In this document: piece after piece, positions 9,506 through 16,751 of the stretch
Position numbering within the stretch: the stretch's first letter is position 1
How the letters are laid out: every line of letters begins with the position of its first letter
From: Clostridiales bacterium
GTDB taxonomy: Bacteria; Bacillota; Clostridia; Lachnospirales; JAISER01
Reading direction: 5' to 3'
DNA: 64,000 nt
NCBI GenBank assembly: GCA_031263985.1
Contig: JAISER010000079.1
Span: 750 to 64,749, forward strand
The notes under the pieces: model-generated
The model's database searches: none
Seen by the model: the letters and a program-made list of their open reading frames with translations, nothing else
What the model was told of the DNA's origin: nothing
Translations under genes and position numbers: made by a program

Positions 9506-9982
9506 ATGGTACGTGAATTGTATCTAGCCAACAACTTTTTGAAGCGCGCGTTCAAATCCGTGAACCTAAAAGAAAAGATAACGCCTATGAAACTGCAAAA
9601 GCTTTTATATCTCACCTATAAGCATTATCTCAAATCGACAAATTCGCCGCTTTTTTCAGAACGTTTTGAGGTCTGGGCGTATGGGCCCGTCTTGGGGACG
9701 ATTTACAGACAGTTCAAAAAATATGGCGGGGAAAGCATCGACGCGTATTATGTAGACGAAGACCATTCGATATATACCATCGACGAAGAAAGCGACGGTA
9801 TATTATCCGCCGCGATAAATTATGTCTGGGAGAATTATTCGGAGTATACCGGCCCAGAGCTTTCATGTCTTACGCACCAGCCGGATACGGCTTGGCATAA
9901 AGCTGACGCGCGAAACGATTACACTCTGGACGATAATGAAATACAAGTCGAAAGGTGGTATATAATTGCACGCGGCGAATGA
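9506..9982 (+). CDS. DUF4065 / Panacea-domain protein (SocA/GepA-like, candidate PanA antitoxin)
   Basis: The block MKLQKLLYLTYKHYL...PLFSERFEVWAYGPVLGTIYRQFKKYG matches the DUF4065 signature. An extended -10 TGTGATATAAT and RBS GGAGGTG lie upstream. Confidence 0.75.
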   Translation: MVRELYLANNFLKRAFKSVNLKEKITPMKLQKLLYLTYKHYLKSTNSPLFSERFEVWAYGPVLGTIYRQFKKYGGESIDAYYVDEDHSIYTIDEESDGILSAAINYVWENYSEYTGPELSCLTHQPDTAWHKADARNDYTLDDNEIQVERWYIIARGE

Positions 9983-10298
9983 TATGAATGAGAAAACGCG
10001 CTTAAAAGAGAGCGAATTACAAACTATTGAAAACGCTGAAATCCCCAAGAAAGAAACGACAAAATTAAAAAAAGAGACGGAGTCGGAGAAACAAAACGCC
10101 CACGAGCGTAAGATGGATGTGTTTAACAGAAACGCGGGAGTAGTAACGTTATGGGGGATTCTTTTCGTAATGTCCGCTGTCGCTATAATGCGTATGGTCA
10201 TACTTGAAGACGAAGACGTGGCGAAAGACTTAGTCGAATGCCTCAAAAGCTTTGGCTTGATAATACTTGGATATATATTCAATAACATGAGAAAGTGA
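9966..10298 (+). CDS. Small membrane protein, candidate toxin partner of the Panacea-domain protein
   Basis: TTG start lies 7 nt after AGGTGG and overlaps the upstream stop by 17 nt. The N-terminus is K/E-rich and is followed by two hydrophobic segments (VVTLWGILFVMSAVAIMRMVIL, FGLIILGYIF). A terminator follows directly. Confidence 0.5.
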   Translation: MHAANDMNEKTRLKESELQTIENAEIPKKETTKLKKETESEKQNAHERKMDVFNRNAGVVTLWGILFVMSAVAIMRMVILEDEDVAKDLVECLKSFGLIILGYIFNNMRK

Positions 10299-10329
10299 AA
10301 AAACCACGCCGCCGCAGCGTGGTTTTTTT
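10299..10329 (+). terminator. Intrinsic terminator of the two-gene unit
   Basis: AACCACGC-loop-GCGTGGTT followed by T7. Confidence 0.7.
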
Positions 10330-10550
10330 GACGCCGGGACAAAACCTTTTAAGATGTCATACAGTTTTATATTAGCGTGTAGGCGTTCTTGTATACAGGA
10401 TTCCGGATTTCTGAGCTTTTTGACATTTGGCCGGCAATGAGGGCGCCGACAAGATTGGCGCGGTTTTATCCGCTGGCGGTCTAACGTGATTTGTAACATA
10501 TGGCGTAGAATTTGAATAGCGATTTGTAAAGAGCTGAAGTAGTCAAATTT

Positions 10551-10584
10551 TTGACTTTACAACGATGATTTTTTTATATATAAT
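10551..10584 (+). promoter_or_regulatory. Candidate sigma-A promoter for tRNA-Trp
   Basis: TTGACT, then TATATA/TATAAT 18-22 nt downstream, about 20 nt before the tRNA. Confidence 0.4.
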
Positions 10585-10600
10585 GCAACTAGACTTAATT

Positions 10601-10673
10601 AGGGGTATAGTTCAGTTGGTAGAACGCAGGTCTCCAAAACCTGATGTCGAGGGTTCAAGTCCTTCTGCCCCTG
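10601..10673 (+). tRNA. trnW: tRNA-Trp (anticodon CCA)
   Basis: Folds as a cloverleaf by eye: acceptor AGGGGTA/TGCCCCT, anticodon loop CTCCAAA, T-loop GGTTCAAGTCC. No encoded CCA. Confidence 0.85.
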
Positions 10674-10759
10674 TACGGGGATCTCGGCGCGAATGAGCGT
10701 GAAATTTTAACGCGTCGAGGTTTACGCTATATTTTTTTTCGCGCTTTTATCCGGCTATC

Positions 10760-10817
10760 TAAGAGCCTGTTTAATATCTTGCTTTTAGTAGGTTTTTTGT
10801 GATGATTTTTCGCCAAT
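10760..10817. repeat. MITE-like family A, one arm
   Basis: TAAGAGCCTGTTTAATATCTTGCTTTTAGTAGG...TTTTCGCCAA. Confidence 0.7.
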
Positions 10818-10845
10818 CGTTAAGATTGTCGGCGCTAAACGGGCC

Positions 10846-11574
10846 CTAAGGCGCCCAATCTATGCAGTCGCCTTGCGCCGATATATTAAAAAACCCGAAA
10901 ATCCCGCTTTTCGCAATGTTTTCAACCGCTGCGGCTTTGGAGTATTTCGCGCCAAAATGCATCGGAACGAAAAGTCCGACGTCAAACATATCAACAAACT
11001 GTTCAGCGCCTCGAGCGTAATCTTTGCCAAGTCGCGGGTCTACCGGAAACATAGCCGCGTCGAAGCGCGCATATTCATTCTTTATAACGTTCAGTTCGTT
11101 CAGAAAATCGGTCTCGTATTTTTGCGCTTCATGCGCCGGAACCTCTTCATTCCAATGCCAATTGTTCAAATCGCCCGCGTGAAATATCGTCAGTCCTTCT
11201 GATTGAACCACGAACGAAACTCCCTCGTCCGTTGAGCCGAACGCTTTAACGCTTATCGCGCCATCGCTCCAGCTATCTCCTTTTCCGATAAAGATCACGT
11301 TTCTATCCGTGTTTATCTCTACGTCATTTGAAATTATATATCTGGCTTCACAATCAAACGTCAAAATAGTTGGGTTAAAATGATCCATATGCCTGTGCGA
11401 GACAAAAAAATAGACGACCTTGTCGGATGATCGGCGTATTATGGTCTTCCCGTCGTTTTGCGGCGTATCCCTATAGTAATCGAATATAAGAACCGAGCGG
11501 CTTAGTTCGATCACGAATCCGCTGTTAGATAAATAGGTTATTTTCACGAAGAAACCCTCCTTATTCGAGACCAT
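10846..11574 (-). CDS. MBL-fold metallo-hydrolase
   Basis: HRHMDHF (HxHxDH) motif, 242 aa. Confidence 0.7.
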   Translation of the reverse strand: MVSNKEGFFVKITYLSNSGFVIELSRSVLIFDYYRDTPQNDGKTIIRRSSDKVVYFFVSHRHMDHFNPTILTFDCEARYIISNDVEINTDRNVIFIGKGDSWSDGAISVKAFGSTDEGVSFVVQSEGLTIFHAGDLNNWHWNEEVPAHEAQKYETDFLNELNVIKNEYARFDAAMFPVDPRLGKDYARGAEQFVDMFDVGLFVPMHFGAKYSKAAAVENIAKSGIFGFFNISAQGDCIDWAP

Positions 11575-11613
11575 TTGGTCGGAACTCTTCCGTTCGATAC
11601 AGTCCGCGAAGCT

Positions 11614-12762
11614 TCAAACGAAGTCTTCCGGCCGTTCGGGTGAGGCGCCGAATAAAAATAATATCGCTTTTACGATACGCCGCGCCGCGAAACCGTCACC
11701 GAAAGGGTTTTTAGCGCGGCGCATTTTATCGTAAACGTTTCTGTCGCTAAGCAGTTCAGACGCCGCGCTGATTATGGCGCTGGCGTTCACGCCGCAAAGT
11801 TTAAGCGCGCCCGTTGCAATGCCTTCGGGGCGTTCAGTGACGTTTCGCAAGACAAGCGTAGGCTTGCCGAGTTCAAGCGCTTCCTCTTGCAGACCTCCGG
11901 AATCCGTCATCACCATGTAACTGCGGGCCATCAAGTTATGCATATCGTTTAAGTCCAGCGGAGGCGTAAGACGAACGCGCGGACAATCGCCGAGAATTTT
12001 ACGCGCGATGTCCAACACGGCGGGATTCTTATGCACGGCGTATACGACCTCCACATCGTCGAAGCGATTCGCGATATCCTTCACGGCGCGGCATATATCC
12101 TCCAGAGGTTTTCCAAGGTTTTCGCGTCTGTGAGCGGTCATGGCGATTACGCGTCTCTCGCTGAAGTCGACGTCATTCAGTTGTTTTTCAGCGAATACGT
12201 AGTCCGGGCGCGTCGTCGTTTTTATAGCGTCTATAGCCGTGTTACCCGTCACGAATATCGCGCCTGAGCTTATGTTTTCCTTTAAGAGATTGGCTTTCGC
12301 GGTCGCCGTCGGCGCGAAATGCGCGTCAGCCAGACGCGCGGTAAGCGAACGATTCATCTCTTCCGGATATGGTTGGGTTTTGTCATATGTGCGCAAGCCG
12401 GCCTCGACGTGACCTAGTTTCACGCCGTTATAAAACGCCGCTAAAGCCCCGGCCAGCGTCGTCGTCGTGTCGCCGTGCACGAGCGCCATGTCAGGACGCG
12501 CGGCTTTGAATATCCACTCCAAGCCGGAAAGGGAATTTATGGTAATGTCGGTGACAGTCTGCCCGTCTTTCATGATATCCAGATCATAATCCGGCTTTAT
12601 ATCGAACGCGTGAAGAATTTGATCAAGCATACCCCTATGCTGAGCCGTCACGCACACTATAGGCTCGATTTCAGCGAACGTTCTCATCTCGGCTATGACC
12701 GGAGCCATCTTAGCGGCTTCCGGCCTTGTGCCAAAAACGCACATTACTTTAATTTTATTCAT
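11614..12762 (-). CDS. wecB: UDP-N-acetylglucosamine 2-epimerase (non-hydrolysing)
   Basis: 382 aa. Typical blocks VFGTRPEAAKMAP, HVEAGLRT, DSGGLQEEA. Confidence 0.85.
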   Translation of the reverse strand: MNKIKVMCVFGTRPEAAKMAPVIAEMRTFAEIEPIVCVTAQHRGMLDQILHAFDIKPDYDLDIMKDGQTVTDITINSLSGLEWIFKAARPDMALVHGDTTTTLAGALAAFYNGVKLGHVEAGLRTYDKTQPYPEEMNRSLTARLADAHFAPTATAKANLLKENISSGAIFVTGNTAIDAIKTTTRPDYVFAEKQLNDVDFSERRVIAMTAHRRENLGKPLEDICRAVKDIANRFDDVEVVYAVHKNPAVLDIARKILGDCPRVRLTPPLDLNDMHNLMARSYMVMTDSGGLQEEALELGKPTLVLRNVTERPEGIATGALKLCGVNASAIISAASELLSDRNVYDKMRRAKNPFGDGFAARRIVKAILFLFGASPERPEDFV

Positions 12763-12770
12763 AAATTCCT

Positions 12771-13295
12771 CTAATCCCTGTATGATATTACAAGTTTGTT
12801 TTTGTCCGCGGCTATGTTTATCGCTTTTTGCTCCTCTTCAGACAGGGAGTATGAGCTTTTGGCGTCCACCACCGGCTTCGCGTAAGCGTATGACGCTTCG
12901 CGCCCGCGCATTGAACTTATCACGACGCCGTCAAGCTTGTCGTTTAGAAGCGCCAGCGAAAAGCTCAAATCCCCGCCCATGCCGTCAAACGGATTAAAGC
13001 GGACCAATCCGACGTTTTGTACGCAAAAAGGCAGTCTCGCATTTATATCGTCTATAAGGTTCATTATGCCATCATACTTTTCCGCCACGAATTCGGTTTT
13101 TATAGTATACTCGTTCAGCATATCCTCAAGTCCGCGTTTGCCTTTCGCGCTGAAAAAGTTGTTCATCCGTTTTCCCATAGAAACAAGCTTTACGGATGTA
13201 ACCGCGCAAAATATGAGCGACGCGGCGCAAACGGCGGCGAGCGCGCAAATCACGTAGGATGAGTTAGAATCAATGTATGTAAAAACGCTTTCCAA
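12771..13295 (-). CDS. DUF4446-family protein
   Basis: N-terminal TM segment, then VGLVRFNPFDGMGGDLSFSLALLN...SMRGREASYAYAKPV. Lies downstream of parB, as is typical in Clostridia. Confidence 0.7.
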   Translation of the reverse strand: MESVFTYIDSNSSYVICALAAVCAASLIFCAVTSVKLVSMGKRMNNFFSAKGKRGLEDMLNEYTIKTEFVAEKYDGIMNLIDDINARLPFCVQNVGLVRFNPFDGMGGDLSFSLALLNDKLDGVVISSMRGREASYAYAKPVVDAKSSYSLSEEEQKAINIAADKNKLVISYRD

Positions 13296-13310
13296 CGCGC
13301 CTTTCCTCCT

Positions 13311-13455
13311 TTAGAACCTTATTTAAGATCTCCATTTCGCGTCTTTTCGGCTTATTAGACCTGCTCCGAGACTTGACTCTGGCGTCCGCGCTTCCGAGTT
13401 CGGCGGAAAATCATCACAAGAAATCCGCTAAAAACGAGATTTTAAACGGCTCTTA
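13311..13455. repeat. MITE-like family A, complete 145-bp copy
   Basis: Both termini are present (TTAGAACCTTATTTAAGATCTCC ... GAGATTTTAAACGGCTCTTA). It almost fills the parB/DUF4446 intergenic gap. Its last 3 nt are the parB stop codon. Confidence 0.8.
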
Positions 13456-14340
13456 TTCCTCTGATCTTTTAAACAGGTTCAGTATCCTGTCCAGCTCTTC
13501 GTCAGAATAATATTCGATCTCGATTTTGCCTTTATTTTTGCCGTTTTTAATCGTCACTTTCGTGCCGAACATATGTTGAAGATCAGACTCCAGCCTTGAA
13601 AAATATATTCTTTTATCATCGTCAGTTTTTTTAATAGAGGGCGCTCGGTTAGCTAAAAAGCTCTTCACGTATTTTTCCGTTTCGCGGACATTAAGCTCTT
13701 TAGCCATAATGAATTGCGCCAACGAAAACTGATCGTCCGGATTTTTGACATGAAAAAGATAGCGAGCGTGTCCGGGCGTTATGGAACCGTCGGCGACAAA
13801 GCTTTGGACGCGCGCGTCCAAGTTCAGCAGACCAAGAGCGTAAGAAACGCTGTTACGGCTTTTCCCTATCTTTGACGCTATATCTTCCTGCGTGTAAAAA
13901 TATTCGTCCGCAAGACGCTTATAGCACACAGCCTGCTCTATGGGGTTTAAATCTTCGCGCTGCAAGTTCTCTATAAGCGCGACCTGAAGCGCCTCCACGT
14001 CCGTATAATCTTTAACGATAGCCGGTATCGCGTCAAGTCTCGCCACGCGCGCCGCGCGCCAGCGTCTTTCGCCCGCGATAAGAGAATAAAACCCGTCGCC
14101 GGCGCTTTTGACTATCACAGGCTGTATAACGCCGTGCGCTCTGATGGATTCAGCCATATCGTTTATCGAGTCGATATCGAACCGTTTGCGCGGCTGTTCC
14201 GAATTAGGCTCGATCTTGTTTATGTCAATATTTATTACGCCGTCGCCGTCGCTTTTGGAGAAGTCGTTTTGTTCCGGCGCGGCTATAAGCGCGCCAAGGC
14301 CTTTGCCAAGCCCCTTTTTGGAAGGCGCCATCGCGGTCAT
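13453..14340 (-). CDS. parB: Chromosome partitioning protein ParB/Spo0J
   Basis: ParB box LIAGERRWRAA plus an HTH region. 4-nt overlap with parA. Confidence 0.9.
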   Translation of the reverse strand: MTAMAPSKKGLGKGLGALIAAPEQNDFSKSDGDGVINIDINKIEPNSEQPRKRFDIDSINDMAESIRAHGVIQPVIVKSAGDGFYSLIAGERRWRAARVARLDAIPAIVKDYTDVEALQVALIENLQREDLNPIEQAVCYKRLADEYFYTQEDIASKIGKSRNSVSYALGLLNLDARVQSFVADGSITPGHARYLFHVKNPDDQFSLAQFIMAKELNVRETEKYVKSFLANRAPSIKKTDDDKRIYFSRLESDLQHMFGTKVTIKNGKNKGKIEIEYYSDEELDRILNLFKRSEE

Positions 14341-15101
14341 GCCTCCTTATCTATAATCTCACGCGCCAAAATTCGATAACTTTCCGCCCCCTTTGATTTG
14401 CTGTCGTAGAGCGTTATGGGGACGCCGTGGCTGGGCGCTTCCGAAAGACGCACGTTTCGCGGTATCATGCTTTTATAGATGTTAGCGGATATGTACCGCT
14501 TAACTTCGTCAACCACCTGAAGCGAAATATTCAGACGCGCGTCAAACATCGTAAACACAAGGCCATCTATTACAAGACTTTTGTTAACGCTTGTCCTTAT
14601 AAGCTCTATCGTTTTCAGCAGTTGACTGAGGCCCTCAAGCGCATAGTATTCGCACTGCATCGGCACAATGACCGCGTCGGCGGCGGCCAGCGCGTTCACG
14701 GTCAAAAGGTTCAAAGACGGCGGACAGTCAATAAAGATATAGTCATATAAATTATTATAATTTCTAAGTATGCGCTTTAAAAGGAATTCGCGTCTTTCAT
14801 GGCCGATCAGTTCGACTTCCGCGCCCGCCAGATCTATGTTCGCCGGAATTACATAGAGGTTTTTAACGCATGTCTCGAGTTTCACGGCGTCCAGATAGCT
14901 TTCGCCGATCAAAAGGCTATAGATAGTTTTGTCAAGCTTATTTTTGTCTATGCCGAAGCCGCTTGTAGCGTTGCCCTGCGGGTCGATATCCGCGACGAGC
15001 GTCTTTTTGCCGACCTCCGCAAGACACGCGGATAAATTTATACAAGTCGTGGTCTTGCCGACGCCGCCCTTTTGATTGGCAATCGCTATAATACGCCCCA
15101 T
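14337..15101 (-). CDS. parA: Chromosome partitioning ATPase ParA/Soj
   Basis: Deviant Walker A NQKGGVGKTT. Start chosen at the ATG after GGAGGAA (the ORF extends to 15134). Confidence 0.9.
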   Translation of the reverse strand: MGRIIAIANQKGGVGKTTTCINLSACLAEVGKKTLVADIDPQGNATSGFGIDKNKLDKTIYSLLIGESYLDAVKLETCVKNLYVIPANIDLAGAEVELIGHERREFLLKRILRNYNNLYDYIFIDCPPSLNLLTVNALAAADAVIVPMQCEYYALEGLSQLLKTIELIRTSVNKSLVIDGLVFTMFDARLNISLQVVDEVKRYISANIYKSMIPRNVRLSEAPSHGVPITLYDSKSKGAESYRILAREIIDKEA

Positions 15102-15197
15102 GGTTCCTCCGTGAAATAAATTTTCTAAGTACATATATTCTAGAACAACGCGGGCGTAAAAGCAAGAAAATTAAACGTTATATCGCGCCGCGCATTA

Positions 15198-15270
15198 TAA
15201 GAGCCTGTTCAAGATCTCGCTTTGAAGGATTTTAACGCTCGTTTTTTTCGCCAAACGTGCAAACGCGAAG
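15198..15270. repeat. MITE-like family A, one arm
   Basis: TAAGAGCCTGTTCAAGATCTCGCTTTGAAGG...TTTTTCGCCAAACG. Confidence 0.7.
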
Positions 15271-15323
15271 GCCAAGTATTTCAAGTTTTAAATTTAAAGA
15301 TTACGTTTCGCCTTATAGCCTGT

Positions 15324-16176
15324 TTATAGTTGAATGCTATTGAAACAGTAACGCAAACAATCATCAAAACTATCGAAATAGGATAAATCTTTCCTGAGCT
15401 TGCGTTTAAGCCATGTCCAAAATTTCTCAATAGGGTTATATTCCGGGGAATACGGCGGCGGGAAGACTATTTTATGTTTATTGCTTTCGGCAAGCGAAAT
15501 AAGCCGTTTTTTTCGATGGAAAGCGGCATTGTCCATTACAATGACGGAATTAAAAGGACATTCGCGCAAGAGACAGTTTTCAAACCAAAACTCAAATAAC
15601 CGACTATCCATTGTTCCGTTAAATTGGAACGGCGACATGATTTTTTCGCCCATTTTGGCGGCGACAATACCCAAGCGCCGATATTTCCTACCGGAAATTC
15701 GCTCAATAATTTTTTCTCCGCGCTTAGAATAAGCGTACTCTCCGCGCAAAAAAGTATCGATGCCGGTTTCATCAATATAAACAATGCTTTCCGGTCGAAC
15801 ATCACGGATTTGTTCTAAATATTCGGCGACTTTTTCAGCGTCTTGCTCCTTGTAACGCTTCATCTTTTTTTACGCGTTATATTAAAGCGTTTAAGAGTTC
15901 TGCAAATCACAGATTGATGGCAGCCGAAGCGCTCGCCTATTTCTGACTGGTAAGCGTCCGGATTGATTTTTAGATACGCTAACAGGTCTTCTTCGCTTAC
16001 AGCCGTTTTATAGCTTCGGTATTTTCGCTCAAGTCCTCCGCTATCGCGATATTGTTTTAACCAGGCGTTCAATGTGTTTGGCGATATGCGAATGTCTTTG
16101 CCGTTTCCCTGATACTGTGTCCTTCTTTATGATATTCTATTGTTCTTTTCCGATATTTTTTATCATAACTCCTCAT
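15324..16176 (-). pseudogene. IS630-family transposase, disrupted
   Basis: Three reading segments are present. A 1-nt deletion relative to copy 2 (TTCGCATATCG versus TTCGGCATATCG, near 16085) stops the first segment. An A7G site at 15860-15870 separates the HTH segment (15860..16072) from the DDE segment (15324..15863). Confidence 0.7.
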
Positions 16177-16224
16177 AGGATTATTTTACTACAATTCGTT
16201 GCTTTTTCAAGAACATCTTCTATA
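15325..16224 (-). mobile_element. IS630-family insertion sequence, copy 1 (about 900 bp)
   Basis: Imperfect terminal inverted repeats TATAGAAGATGTTCTTGAAAAAGCAACG / TATAGTTGAATGCTATTGAAACAGTAACG. Flanked by TA. Encodes HTH and DDE transposase segments. Confidence 0.8.
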
Positions 16225-16625
16225 ACATCTCCGTTTTGCGTTCTTTCGGCTTATTTTCGCTACGCTTTGTCAGCGCTCTTTGCGTATATTCTTCGAATAA
16301 GCGGTGTTTGCGTTTGCGCGTTTTGCAAAAAATCATCACAAAAAAATCCGCTAAAAGCGGGATATTAAACAGGCTCTTAAAAAAGGGCGAAGCGAAACGG
16401 ACCATCGGCAGCCCTAAGCGGACTGATTCGCGCGGAGAGTCGTCAGAGGGGTAAAGCGCCTTTGTTTCGGTAATTTTCGCGGCATTCCGTGAAAAACCCT
16501 CGACCGCGTTCGCGGTGTAAAAGACGCGGAAACGGCCGCTCAGTTTTCGTTCCGCATTTTTAGGTTTCGCGGCAGATTAAAACCTGTTATTTAACGCTAT
16601 TTAAGGCTTAAACAGCGGGTTTTTT

Positions 16626-16682
16626 TGGCTCCCCCCGTGGACTCAAACCAACGACCCCGCGGTTAAGATCCGCGAGGTCGCC
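16626..16682 (-). other. tRNA 3'-half-like fragment (anticodon arm with a CTT loop, degenerate T arm, CCA end)
   Basis: The minus strand reads CGCGGATCTTAACCGCGGGGTCGTTGGTTTGAGTCCACGGGGGGAGCCA. No matching 5' acceptor strand or D arm is present. Confidence 0.3.
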
Positions 16683-16751
16683 TAAAAAGATCGTCCCAAT
16701 TTACCGCCTCTTTCCTGGCCCATTCTCGCGTTTTCCCGAATGGGCGGCCCT

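Larger units (their letters stand above)
15313..16379. repeat. MITE-like family A copy split by the IS630-family insertion
   Basis: Joining 15313..15326 to 16223..16379 rebuilds TTATAGCCTGTTTA|ACATCTCCGTTTTGCG... through to ...AAACAGGCTCTTA. TA is found on both sides of the IS. Confidence 0.7.

Noticed and set aside
16626-16682. A functional tRNA-Lys(CTT) gene.
   Set aside because: Only the anticodon arm, a mismatched T arm and the 3' acceptor strand are present. The 5' acceptor strand and the D arm are absent.
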